Source: a virus. From it: a DNA stretch of 64,000 nucleotides. The stretch covers positions 32,001-96,000 of the IMG/VR virus record IMGVR_UViG_3300045988_117466. The stretch is one strand, 5' to 3'. Position 1 is the first letter of the stretch. Every line of letters starts with the position of its first letter. The position numbers were made by a program, and so were the translations under genes. The notes below the pieces were generated by a model. The model ran no database searches, was not told the origin of the DNA, and saw only the letters and a list, made by a program, of their open reading frames with translations. This document shows positions 36,530-47,154 of this stretch, piece by piece.

Positions 36530-39500
36530 TTAATCTAAAGTAGTTGCTAATGTTTCTCCATCAACAACAAAAGAGCAACCAAAAGTCGCTCCATTCATAA
36601 TATCTTGTCTATTTACAACAACACTTTTCATACCAGAGTGTTGTTCATTCCAATAAGTATCTCCGTCTGTATCAGATGATTTTCTACACCATTCAAAGTG
36701 ATCTTCTGACCAATCGTTTGTTACATCCGTACCATTTTTGGTGAGTGTGATGCTTAATGTAGATGTTCCGTCTACACCAAGTCTTGCTCCTGTAGAAGAA
36801 GTAAGAATGATGTTATAACCCATCTCAGTCATTTGAGAATCAAAATCATCCAGTGTGCTGTTCACACTTTCCTTAAAGGTCGTATACTCAACTCCCCACA
36901 AACCGCCTTTACCATCATAAATCTGTGTAATATCAATACCGCCTTGTGCGTTCGCCTCAACAGTAGAAAAGCTTAATTTATCTTTTGAAACCGATTTATC
37001 TCCAAGCATATTATTTACAATCAAACCATCAGCAATCGCATCTTTCGTAATACCTTGGCTTGTCATGATCGTTGCACCTTTATCGTCTTTGATAATAATG
37101 CTTGGATTTTTCTCTGTATCATAACCAATCTGGATGCCTACATTTCCTTCTTTATCTAAGAATTGCATAGCACTTCCATTCATAATGAAGTTGCCGTTCT
37201 CTGAAAGAATACGCATGGTATCAGAGATTGTAATATCGCCTGCGGCTAAGTCACCGATAGTCATTTTGCCTGCAATACCATTAATGATCCATGCGGAGTC
37301 GAACTTTGCGTTTGCTGAGGATAGATTGAATACAATACCTGTTTCTGTGGAAGAAGCACCGATGATTGCACTTTTAATGTTTGCTACTTCAGTTGTTAAA
37401 TTCTTAAACTCACCAACATTAGCAATAACAACTCTTGCGTTAATATAATCGGCATCAATATACTTTGAAAAGAACTTCTCAAACTCAGCTTCAGTACCAA
37501 CAATTTTCTTAACATTTGTTTGATTTGCTGTAATATTTAAAACACTGTTAGGTTGACTATTAATATACTCAACCATATTTCCAACAGCATTACCAAAACC
37601 AACAGATGTAGTTAATTGTCCCGTGATTGCTTTAAGAAGCTCTGGAGTAAGAATTGCATTGATACTTTCATCAACTCCAGTGTAAGCAGTAGAAGTGATA
37701 GAATTTCTGTTATTCTTTGTAGAAGAGTTTAATAAGAATACTTCATCATCTCGTTTTGCTTGAGATTTGATCATATTGGTAAATGAAATTTCAAACTTTT
37801 CAGATGGGTCTTTAGGATTGAAACTAAAAGTGTACAATCTGAATTTCTCTAAATTACCATGACCACCGAATTCATTTCCATCGTCAATTTCTAACCAGAT
37901 ATAATCCCCAAGAACCAATTGATCTAAATAAGGAGAGAAGTTCTCATCACACAATAAATTCTCAATCTGAGGAGAGTAGATATATTGTGGCTGGGCCTGT
38001 GAAGATAATTCCTTAACTGCAGCCTGATATAAATCTTCAGCTCGATCAACATAAGTTTCGATATCATCAAGAGTTGTGATCAAATAATTCTCATTTACAT
38101 AATCAGTTGATACATATAATTTGAGAATTGTCTGGCCCTCTGAGTTAAGATTTCCATCTTTGTCAATAAAATTAAAGTCTGGATTCTTCTTTAGGCTACA
38201 ATCATCATGTGCTTCAGTTCGTTTATCTAAGTATCCCTGAACTTTATCACTTGCCTCTTTATATTCTTTTTCCCTTTCTTCAAGAGCGGCTTTTGCATCA
38301 GCTAATTTCTGAACATACTCCTGATATTCTTTATAGTAATCTGTCTTATTATCAGAAACATCATATGGCTTGTCATATCCTTCTTTTACAAGAGTGTCAA
38401 TAGAATTCTGATACATCTTGATACGAACTTTCAGCTCGTCAACACCAAACAATTCCCATGTAGTTTCCCACTTATCAATTGGCTTTATTTTGTCTTCATC
38501 TTGCTTAGGAATATTAGCTATTGCAATCTTAATATTTGGAATGACATTGTCCACATAAGCAGTATAAGAATACCAGCACATATCTTTGATCATTTGGGCT
38601 TTCAGATCATCTCCAGTTAAGATCGTTTCATATGTTCCATCTTCTTTCTTAATCGGCTCACCATTCTCATTCTTTTTAGCATATCCATACTCTAGTAAAA
38701 TGAAATTAACAGCATCTATATAGATGTCAAGTTGCTTCTGAAGTTCATCTTCCTTGAATGTATCCCAATCAGTTTTTAAACCATCATTAGGAACACGATT
38801 CTTAATTTCATCAGCAACTTTCTTATATTTGCCCCACATTCTAGTGAGATAAGAATAATACTCTCTACGAGTCATTTCTTTTGAAGTTCCATCGTCAAGA
38901 GTATAAGTTACTTTTTCATTCTTGGTGCTATCCCAATGTGTTCCTCTATATTTCAAATAAGCTTCATATTTGTCAATTAGATCCTTAGAAACCAATGGTT
39001 CTTTAAGAACGTATGATAAATTATCAATGGTAATTTCACCAAAGTTTACATATTTAATATCAAGATTCTCTCCACCGGCCACATTAAACTGTGTATAGAC
39101 ATCATTTGTTGCACCGGTTACACTTAAAGAATCAATATAGTTTGTTGTACTTAAAGAAATACCCGTGTCCTTACCAAGTTGACTGATATGATAACAATTG
39201 ATCTTCCTATTTAATATGTCAAATGTGAACACGCATCTATAAGCCTGTGCTACTTTCTGAGTTAAGAAAGCATAAACATTAATAGACTCTTCTTCAAATG
39301 TACCTCTTACGAAAAACCATTCATCTTCTCCGTTCTCATTTTGTCTCTTATAAGGAATAAGCCATTTGGTATTTCCCTCTTCATCAATATAAGATTCATC
39401 GACATGTCCAACAGACCACCCCGGCAAGTTTTCAAGAACTAAATCTAATAAACTTAACTGACGATTATTGGGATCATATAAAGCAACATAGCGCTTTAAG

Positions 39501-39955
39501 ATTTTATTACCTGTTAATTTATCTTCGATAACATTCCCATCAGCAGTATATTCTTTACTTCCTGTTTTTCCTGTATTAACATAGAAAGTAACTAAATCTT
39601 TATTCTCGAGCTCAACATCACAAGACTCAGCTTTGACAGTCTTCATCTCTGAATATCCATCAAACTGAACACTTGAGACCTCAGTGATCACAAAGTATCC
39701 GATACGATCTATATAAATTTCCATTCCCTTATCTAAATATCCATATCCATTTGATAAGACAAAATTTGCATCATTATTAACATCAATATACTTTTCTACA
39801 CTAAAACTCAATTCCCATCTGTCATTAAGAGTAGCAGTGAGAGAAGTAGTAGAAGTGTCAATGCTATTCAAGGCGCAAATTGCCTTGCCTTCTGGATTCA
39901 CCAGATAAAAATCATAGGGCTCTGTATGATTGAAAATGTCTTTTATAAATTCCAA
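36530..39955 (-). CDS. tail-associated lysin/Tal-like baseplate protein (prophage tail endopeptidase family, 1141 aa)
   Basis: The position after Dit and the N-terminal pattern (YDFYLVNPEG...LNDRWELSFSV) fit the family. TTG start. Confidence 0.65.
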   Translation of the reverse strand: MEFIKDIFNHTEPYDFYLVNPEGKAICALNSIDTSTTSLTATLNDRWELSFSVEKYIDVNNDANFVLSNGYGYLDKGMEIYIDRIGYFVITEVSSVQFDGYSEMKTVKAESCDVELENKDLVTFYVNTGKTGSKEYTADGNVIEDKLTGNKILKRYVALYDPNNRQLSLLDLVLENLPGWSVGHVDESYIDEEGNTKWLIPYKRQNENGEDEWFFVRGTFEEESINVYAFLTQKVAQAYRCVFTFDILNRKINCYHISQLGKDTGISLSTTNYIDSLSVTGATNDVYTQFNVAGGENLDIKYVNFGEITIDNLSYVLKEPLVSKDLIDKYEAYLKYRGTHWDSTKNEKVTYTLDDGTSKEMTRREYYSYLTRMWGKYKKVADEIKNRVPNDGLKTDWDTFKEDELQKQLDIYIDAVNFILLEYGYAKKNENGEPIKKEDGTYETILTGDDLKAQMIKDMCWYSYTAYVDNVIPNIKIAIANIPKQDEDKIKPIDKWETTWELFGVDELKVRIKMYQNSIDTLVKEGYDKPYDVSDNKTDYYKEYQEYVQKLADAKAALEEREKEYKEASDKVQGYLDKRTEAHDDCSLKKNPDFNFIDKDGNLNSEGQTILKLYVSTDYVNENYLITTLDDIETYVDRAEDLYQAAVKELSSQAQPQYIYSPQIENLLCDENFSPYLDQLVLGDYIWLEIDDGNEFGGHGNLEKFRLYTFSFNPKDPSEKFEISFTNMIKSQAKRDDEVFLLNSSTKNNRNSITSTAYTGVDESINAILTPELLKAITGQLTTSVGFGNAVGNMVEYINSQPNSVLNITANQTNVKKIVGTEAEFEKFFSKYIDADYINARVVIANVGEFKNLTTEVANIKSAIIGASSTETGIVFNLSSANAKFDSAWIINGIAGKMTIGDLAAGDITISDTMRILSENGNFIMNGSAMQFLDKEGNVGIQIGYDTEKNPSIIIKDDKGATIMTSQGITKDAIADGLIVNNMLGDKSVSKDKLSFSTVEANAQGGIDITQIYDGKGGLWGVEYTTFKESVNSTLDDFDSQMTEMGYNIILTSSTGARLGVDGTSTLSITLTKNGTDVTNDWSEDHFEWCRKSSDTDGDTYWNEQHSGMKSVVVNRQDIMNGATFGCSFVVDGETLATTLD

Positions 39956-39981
39956 TTCACTCTCACGCCTCCTTTCTGAAT

Positions 39982-40815
39982 TTAAAAAGCTCCAACCTTC
40001 TTAGGTTCGAGCCACTTGATTTTTATTTTGCAACGACCTGTAATTTCAATCCGATTTTCTCCCGGGACAAGTCGTAGCCAATATAATTTTTGTACAGTGT
40101 CCATCTTGAACACATTTGATAATACAATTCCTTTTCCATTCAGCTTAATAACTTGATGCTGACAATTGATCTCATAAGTACCTTTCGTATCCCATAAGTG
40201 CATTGTACTGTTATTGTCTGAATGATTTGTGATTTGAAGATCTGTCCAAAGCTCAGGGCTTTCAACTTCAATAATAGGATAAACATATTGTTCCAGCTCA
40301 TCTGATCCACAATCAAGAACTAAAGATCCATTATGATTAGGTGTTTCTAGTTTGTTTGTTAGGTCAAATAAATTACTTTCTTTTTCTACAAATCCATATG
40401 GTGCATTACACTCGAAGTCAACTTTTAAACCAGCAATTCCTCCAGCAAGAGCAGGAGTGACCTTAGTAACAATGGCATAATAAATGACATCATTCTTGCT
40501 ACCATCACAACCATAGAACTCTAATTTTCTATAGCTCTTAGGACTTGTTAACCACCTAGTAACTTCAGATACTTCATTTTCAGTAAATCGTTTCTGATCT
40601 TCATGAAGAAGAGTAATCTGGAATCCAAGTTTTCCTGAATATTTTGTATTATAGGCATGATAGATGTTACGATTCATAGTAGTTGAACCGTTTACGATCT
40701 CTCTATCAAGACTGAATGAATCTTCGGATTTGTCAAGATATCCAATGATCATTTTATGTGAAAAGTCCGATAGACTTTTATTGTTATAAGTAAAACTTAC
40801 TGCATTTGAATACAT
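39982..40815 (-). CDS. distal tail protein (Dit-like)
   Basis: Its position between the TMP and Tal genes, its size, and the RBS AAAGGAGACTTT. Confidence 0.6.
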   Translation of the reverse strand: MYSNAVSFTYNNKSLSDFSHKMIIGYLDKSEDSFSLDREIVNGSTTMNRNIYHAYNTKYSGKLGFQITLLHEDQKRFTENEVSEVTRWLTSPKSYRKLEFYGCDGSKNDVIYYAIVTKVTPALAGGIAGLKVDFECNAPYGFVEKESNLFDLTNKLETPNHNGSLVLDCGSDELEQYVYPIIEVESPELWTDLQITNHSDNNSTMHLWDTKGTYEINCQHQVIKLNGKGIVLSNVFKMDTVQKLYWLRLVPGENRIEITGRCKIKIKWLEPKKVGAF

Positions 40816-40870
40816 AAAGTCTCCTTTCTAAAAAATTATCCTGTAAGATGTACAAACTTGTTTTTTAACC

Positions 40871-40899
40871 TTTACTTTTGGAAGTTATTGTCATATAAT
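40871..40899 (+). promoter_or_regulatory. candidate plus-strand promoter overlapping a palindrome
   Basis: TTTACT, a 17-nt spacer, then TATAAT. The palindrome TGTCAT-ATA-ATGACA is centred on the -10. Confidence 0.3.
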
Positions 40900-41204
40900 G
40901 ACATTATTCGTATTTATATACGATGCCTTGAAGGATATGTGGTAGGAAGGGGCATGTCGAGTGCTAAGAACATTACTTGTCGTGATTAGTGTGGCTGCGG
41001 ATATTGCTAGCATAGCCTCACTCGTATTAACTGTACTCCAGTAACAAAAGATGATACATAGTTGTACGGAAGCAAAAGATTTTTGTATTTGACTCATAAT
41101 ATCTACATACCTTTTTTGCCCAATTGGTGTGCCGGATACTAGAAAGAAAACCCACGTAATAGATTAGGCGAAGATAATACAAAACCTGCTGCTTTAAAAA
41201 ATAA

Positions 41205-41233
41205 TTGAATCAATTCACGATATGTGCTATGAT
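41205..41233 (+). promoter_or_regulatory. candidate plus-strand promoter (extended -10)
   Basis: TTGAAT, a 17-nt spacer, then TGCTATGAT. Confidence 0.45.
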
Positions 41234-41239
41234 GATATT

Positions 41240-41487
41240 GACAAGTAAAGTTAAGACATGAGCTTAGCCACTTCAAACCAAATTCAGTAAGAATGGGCAT
41301 CTTACAGGAATTTGAATGATGATTAAAGGATAGTAAAAGGAGGTTACAAGGAGATTAATACTTTGCACTTATCCCGATTGGGAATCTTCCCTTTAACGGG
41401 TTAATCCAATCATCACTGTGAATTTAATTAAACAAATTCACCCATGAGAGAAGACACTCACTATTTACAGTGGGTGTCTTTTTCTTT
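41240..41487 (+). ncRNA. candidate structured non-coding RNA, antisense to the tail operon; a longer ~580-nt form from the 40871 promoter is possible
   Basis: No ORF longer than 13 codons has an RBS. Hairpins are GTGAATTT/AAATTCAC (41418-41441) and the terminator hairpin. The element is bounded by a promoter and a strong terminator. Confidence 0.35.
41451..41487 (+). terminator. rho-independent terminator (plus strand)
   Basis: An 11-bp stem AAGACACTCAC / GTGGGTGTCTT with loop TATTTACA, followed by TTTTTCTTT. Confidence 0.7.
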
Positions 41488-41491
41488 ACTT

Positions 41492-41710
41492 TTATAATAA
41501 ATTTCCATCCCTCATAGAAGCAATTTCTTCCTTAATGTACATAGACTTCATTTTAGGAGTCAGCTCATCAAAAGGAGTTAATCCTTCATCATCCATATAG
41601 TTCATCAGAGCTCCCAGTGAAATTGAATACAGTCTATTCCTGTATTTCATTCGCATAACTCCGATTAATAAAATTCCAATAACAAGTAATAATAATAAAT
41701 TAATTTCCAT
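41492..41710 (-). CDS. small single-pass membrane protein (72 aa)
   Basis: The ATG at 41710 follows TGGAGGAAATT. TM helix LLLLLVIGILLIGV. Confidence 0.5.
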   Translation of the reverse strand: MEINLLLLLVIGILLIGVMRMKYRNRLYSISLGALMNYMDDEGLTPFDELTPKMKSMYIKEEIASMRDGNLL

Positions 41711-41722
41711 AATTTCCTCCAA

Positions 41723-41756
41723 TTTTAAAAAGAGCCCATGCTTTCACATAGGCTCT
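41723..41756 (-). terminator. terminator immediately after the tape-measure stop codon
   Basis: Minus strand: AGAGCCTATG / CATGGGCTCT (10 bp, one mismatch) with loop TGAAAG, followed by TTTT. Confidence 0.5.
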
Positions 41757-41759
41757 ACA

Positions 41760-44700
41760 TTATTTACCGATCGTAGGTTTACGACCAATTTTGTGATATT
41801 CTTTTAGTTTGTTAGCTTGCTCTTGATCATAAACCTGTTTTGCAACAACCTTAAGATCATTCAGAACACTCTTATCAACCATGCCTCCAGATTCTACTTT
41901 GATCAATGCATCATAATAAGAAGAGAAGTCTCCAGTACCAGTCATAATATCTTTTGTCTTAGAGGCTTTAACAACTGATTCAGAAATCTTAACAGCTTGT
42001 TTTAGCACATCAGATGTTTCTGGCTTCAGTAAGATTTCGTCTCTACGGACAGTAGCAATACCGTGATCATGATTACTTTGGATTACACCATTAAGTTTAG
42101 AAATTGGTATTACATCATCAATGACACCACCGTTTCTTACACCTGCATTTTTCAGAGCTTTTAAGATTTTATTTGATTGAGCTTGAGTATATGTTTTCCC
42201 CTTAGCTAAATAAAATTCTTTACCCTTCTTAGAGTTTTTGCTAGTAATTACTCCGAGTTTTCTACCAAGGTCTCCCATTGGGCCTGGATTGTGTACAACA
42301 TCATAACCCTTACTGGCTAAATAATTATTTAGAGGAGACCAGCTTTTAAGCTGAGCTTGAGTATAAGGAGTTCCTGTGTGGAATTTTAATCCTAATGACT
42401 TAGCTTTCTTTTGAGCAGGAGAAAGTTGAATTGTAACACTGAAACTTACTACAATTCCATTAGCCGATCTACACGTTGGAGTAATTGTTCCCTCATTGTC
42501 GCCTTTTGTGGCTGTAATAGTACATGAACTACCAGAGCCTGACATTGTTACATATCCAAGGCTGTTAGGATACCAAGAAAATGATTGTCCAGCTCCATCT
42601 GGAGGAACAATATCAGAAACAGTAACAGTCTTACTTTCTCCAGGGGCTAAAGTAATAGATGCTGGGCTAACACTGAAAGACATAAGATTATGTGCCTGTT
42701 GTTCGGGTGTTTTCATAGAACCACTAACACCACTAGCATTTCCAGTTTCAACTTTTGAAGAATCAACCTTAGAACCCGTAATACCAGTTGTACCAGTTAC
42801 ATTGGTATCAGGATTTGCAACATTATTAGTCACAGAGCTGTTCTTGTTCTGAGTATCTTTTGCGTTCTGTTCAGGTGTCTTGCCATTAGCAGAGCTATTG
42901 TATTCAGAATGATATAACTCACTTAGACCATTAATAAGTCCAGAATTAATAGCAGTGTCATTAATCTTCTTAAAGACATCAGAATAAGAATCTCCAACCT
43001 GTTTTAAGAACTTGCTAATAAGCTTAGATTGTTCATCCAGAGAACCGCTTAAAGATTTAAGCTGTTTATCCAAAGACTCTTGTAATTTTTCAGTCAGATC
43101 ATCGTATCCTTGGGATTCCATAGAATATTGATGTTCTTTCTTAGTGTCATCCATCTGTTCCTGGGCATCAGCAATTTGAGCATCTAATTTAGCTCTTTGT
43201 GCTTTTGCAGCTTCTCCTTCGACACCCTCTAAAGCAGCACGCTGAGCTTCAAGTGCTTGCAAATCTTTTGTCTGACTCTTGATGTTTTTGTCGTAATCGT
43301 AGTATTCTTTCTTACGACTCAATGCCTCTTTACGTTTATTAATGACTTTGACGAGAGCATCAACTTCAGCTTGCATCGTTGTCTTACCAAGTTCTACAAT
43401 TTGATTCTTATAGTCATTGGTATTTGTTGCAGCCTCACGAAGTTGTTTGTTGATTTCAGCTAACTTACTTTCAAAAGTGGCATCGCCAACCATTCGTTTA
43501 CCATTCTCGTCAAAAGTATCATGTAATTTATAGAGAGCATTTCTTTGCTCCATAAGATCAGCCATGTTTTGTTGGCCTTGACGAACATTATCGCTCAAAA
43601 GAGCAATTTTAGCTTTACCGTCTGTAGTCAACTTACCTGTGTCAGGATCGTTTAAGTAATCCTGATTCAGCATATTCATAAGATCGTTATTCTCATCGAT
43701 ACGAGTATTTCTCTTATCAATCTTACGACTGCTTTCATCAAGAGGGATCATAATAGCTTCTTGACGTAACTGTTCATTCTTTTCATCTAAAGAATAATTC
43801 TCTTCACGCCTTGAATACCAATCATCATAAAGCTCTTTGTATCTTTCAGAATCCTTAGCAACCTTATTCATCAGTTCCTGATCAGTTTTCATGATCTCAG
43901 CATTGACAGCAGCTCTGTCATTATTTCTAGCAATCTGATCAGTTTTTGACTGTTTAGTAGCATAGTCGCCATGAGCTTCAGCCATAGAAGCAGTATGTTC
44001 TAAAGCAGTAGCAGCATGTTCAGCTTCATCTGCAAGTCTTGTCAATCTATCAATTTTGATCTGATCAATTTCTTTTCTCACATTTGCAATAGCAGTATCA
44101 GTATCAACAATATTATTCTTAAAAGTTTGAATCTGAGCTTCATATGTATTCTTTTGTTCATCTGTTAAGATTCCCTTTTTCTTAGCCTTATCATACTCTG
44201 CCTGATATTTATTCAATTCTTGTAGCTGAATATTTTTCTGATTCTGATATTGCTGAATCTGATTGTTTAAATTAGCTGTTTTATTATCAAAAGTATCTGT
44301 CCCTTGAGCAATATTAAGATCATTGATCTTTTGATAGTTCTCTAGGATAGCAGACGTTTTAGATGCCATAGCATCATAATAACTAACAACCTTTTCAAGT
44401 TTGGTTTGTACCAGTTCTTGTTGTTGTTTCCTAAGCTCTTCAACTTGCTGTTTGCATTGTTTAGCTTTATCATACCAGTTCTTATATTCTTCAACAGCGC
44501 TACGAATCTTATCATTACTAATAGTTTTGATATCAATAGACCCGTTACGTACTTTCTTGAAATAAGATTTTAAAGCTTTTTGGTTCTTAGCTTTTGAAGC
44601 TTTTTTTGTTTTAGGAGCTTTCTTAACTGCTTGTTTCTCAAAGCTTTCATAGAATTTCTTATATTTCTTATAGCCTTGATTATTAGCAGTGATAGAAGAA

Positions 44701-45189
44701 CCAACACTCTTTAAAGCTTCATCGTAATCATTAACAGCAGAAGTAAGATCATGAACATTTTCTGCTTTAGCTGTCCAAAGATCAGTAGCAGCAGAAAGAT
44801 TTTCAATCTTTACTTCAATGAAATCAAAAGCTTTACCTATCTTATTAAGATAATTTTCAAGAGCTGATTTCTTAGATTTGGTTTTCTTCTTACCATTCCC
44901 AGAACCAGACTTACCAGAACCGGTTTTAGATTTACTAGAAGAAGTAGTTTTCTTCTTTTTACCTACAGTAGTTTTACTACCATTAGATTTAATTTTAATT
45001 CCAGCAGAGTTAGCATGAGCAGATCCATGAGCAAATGCTCCTTCACCACCAACAATCTTAGCTCTACTTCCAGTTTTTCCTTTGTTTAGGAGTTCCTTTG
45101 TTTGTAGGTGATTAAATACTATATCACCACGTTTGAGGTTCACAAATTCTGGGCCTTGAGACCCTACTGTAAACCATCTATTACCACGT
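41760..45189 (-). CDS. tape measure protein, exon 3
   Basis: The frame is open from 45188 (RGNRWFTVGSQGPEFVNLKRGDIVFNH...), upstream of the GTG called by the ORF track, and has no RBS. Coiled-coil rich, with a Big_2-like segment. Confidence 0.75.
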
Positions 45190-45319
45190 CAATTATGTTT
45201 TCATCGGTTCGCAACACCGACAAGAGTTTTCACTCCTCATGCTTTCACATGAGTTCAGACTATATCTTTTACCTGATTTTATTGTATGTATGTTTTGTTT
45301 GTTTTTTATTTGTGGGTAT

Positions 45320-45353
45320 TAAAAAAGAGCAGAAGTAAAATTACTTTTGCTCT
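45320..45353 (-). terminator. intrinsic terminator-like hairpin inside the intron, after the cargo genes
   Basis: Minus strand: a 12-bp stem AGAGCAAAAGTA / TACTTCTGCTCT (one mismatch) with loop ATTT, followed by TTTTT. Confidence 0.55.
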
Positions 45354-45380
45354 TCGGTAGAGGTTAAATTAATTTGTTTA

Positions 45381-46268
45381 TTATGCTCCTATACTTCGCC
45401 ATTTGCCTTTTGACCATTTGCAAATTTCTTCATCATCTATACAAAGGACATATTTTTTATTCCCGATTTTACAATTACAATGAATCTCTTCATCTCGGAT
45501 ATCCCACCATGTTAAAGATCCTTTGATTTTAAAATTTACCTTAGTCCATGTGCCAGGTTTGAGATCGATGTATTTTTTATTCCCTGTTAGTTTTAAGTTT
45601 CTGTCATATTTTTTGTAATCACAATCTAAAGAATAAGCACCTTTAGAATAAATACGAATTTTTTTATTACTTGCGTTAAAAAGCTTTGTTTTAAAAATAT
45701 TTGATCGAGTATCGTATTTATGCAACCAGCCGTTCATATGAATGCTTTTATATGGTTTTACAATTACGGAAATTGTTTTTTTAAAAGTTGTTGTTTTGTC
45801 CCAGGCGTTTTTAATTATATGATTGTTTAAGTCATCATCATAGTTCCCATTTTCTCCATAGCGATAATCATCATATACAGCAAAATGGTCTTCATAACAA
45901 TCAACACTTAATGTTATTTTGGATTTACCAAATTTCTTTGCATCAACATATGTATATAAATCTTCAACTCCAATTCCTTCATAAGAGTCTAAGGATATAT
46001 TTTTATTAGATCTTGACCATGAAATTGAATTAACATCCAAAGTGTATCCACCCTCTTCATCACCATAGTGCTTCCATAGCGTAGCATCATTTTTCATAAA
46101 TTCCCCATTATAGTATAGCTTAGGAGTAATTTTTTTCATCTGTCCATAATACATTGTAATAGTTTTAGGGACAGAGATACTGAAACCTGCTTGAGCGCTT
46201 TTGGTGTTAATAATCCATAAAAAACTAAACACTAATATAAAGGACATTAATTTTAAAAATTTTTTCAC
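45381..46268 (-). CDS. secreted protein with a Big_2-like Ig domain (intron cargo)
   Basis: GTG at 46268 follows AAGGAGGAGGGTGCTATT. Signal peptide KKFLKLMSFILVFSFLWIINTKSAQA. Ig-like ISVPKTITMYYGQMKKITPKL...KSKITLSV. Confidence 0.6.
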   Translation of the reverse strand: MKKFLKLMSFILVFSFLWIINTKSAQAGFSISVPKTITMYYGQMKKITPKLYYNGEFMKNDATLWKHYGDEEGGYTLDVNSISWSRSNKNISLDSYEGIGVEDLYTYVDAKKFGKSKITLSVDCYEDHFAVYDDYRYGENGNYDDDLNNHIIKNAWDKTTTFKKTISVIVKPYKSIHMNGWLHKYDTRSNIFKTKLFNASNKKIRIYSKGAYSLDCDYKKYDRNLKLTGNKKYIDLKPGTWTKVNFKIKGSLTWWDIRDEEIHCNCKIGNKKYVLCIDDEEICKWSKGKWRSIGA

Positions 46269-46284
46269 AATAGCACCCTCCTCC

Positions 46285-47154
46285 TTAAAATTCCTTTGTA
46301 ATCGGTTTTGTGAATGGTGTTTCACTTTCATAATAAGTATATTGCCCAGGGGATACCTTATCAGAATTTCCATAAGAAACTATTTCCATTTTGACAATCT
46401 TGTCCTTTGTTTCAAAACTGCTTTCTTCCCACATAGATTGATATGCTTTTAAATTATAGTAGTATAGAGATTGATCGCTTACTACGGTTCCATTTTTATC
46501 ATAAAAACGAATATCAATATTGGCCATATCATAATCATAGTCTGTTAGATTTTTGATTTTTATTCTATATGTCCGATATCCGTATGTAGATGCTTTGACT
46601 TCAATTTTTTCAATTTTATACGTGTCATCTATAAGCGTGGCTCCTTTCGGACAATATCCATTCTCTTTTATAAGTTCGTCATATGATTTCTTATCCCCTT
46701 TGGTTGTAAAAGAAAGATGTGTCTGATCAACTAACTTTTTTAGAATTTCCGCACGCTGGCTATTGTATACATAATAATTGTATTGTATCTTAGTCGGAGC
46801 ACTGGTGTAATCATCAAATAAATCATTTTGTGTATTTAAGGTTTTAATATATTCAGAAATTAAATTTTGTGTATTCTTGTTTTCGAATTGGATTTTAGTT
46901 TCTGAATATTTGTTTAGTGGTTTTAATTCAGTAGCGATATACTTTTGCATCATAGCTGCGTAGTCAGATTGAGATTGATTACTATCATCGGTCTTATCAC
47001 TAATCTCCCATCTTTTTTCGAGCCCAGTTTTTAAATCATTTGCTACTTGTTTGTCTGTGATTTTGGCTTCTTTTTGAGGAGCATCTTTCCCACAAGCACA
47101 AAATAAACATAAACTTGTAAGAAGCATACATCCAATTAAAATTTTCTTTTTCAT
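46285..47154 (-). CDS. putative lipoprotein (intron cargo)
   Basis: The ATG at 47154 follows GGAGGGAAAATGT. MKKKILIGCMLLTSLCLFCACGKD is a lipoprotein-type signal with Cys near the cleavage region. Confidence 0.6.
   Translation of the reverse strand: MKKKILIGCMLLTSLCLFCACGKDAPQKEAKITDKQVANDLKTGLEKRWEISDKTDDSNQSQSDYAAMMQKYIATELKPLNKYSETKIQFENKNTQNLISEYIKTLNTQNDLFDDYTSAPTKIQYNYYVYNSQRAEILKKLVDQTHLSFTTKGDKKSYDELIKENGYCPKGATLIDDTYKIEKIEVKASTYGYRTYRIKIKNLTDYDYDMANIDIRFYDKNGTVVSDQSLYYYNLKAYQSMWEESSFETKDKIVKMEIVSYGNSDKVSPGQYTYYESETPFTKPITKEF

Noticed and set aside
40891-41097. A 68-aa minus-strand ORF inside the non-coding island.
   Set aside because: It has no convincing RBS and a low-complexity, unprotein-like sequence. 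It lies within a helix-rich region that fits an RNA element better.
42496-42852. Numerous 60-120-aa ORFs antisense to, or out of frame within, the large genes. Examples: 1100-1297, 5162-5416, 8302-8559, 27971-28231, 33576-33881, 37134-37448, 47826-48158, 51163-51603, 52859-53391, 55684-56454, 58371-58652.
   Set aside because: They are shadow ORFs inside strongly supported genes. They lack RBSs and have biased, low-complexity translations.
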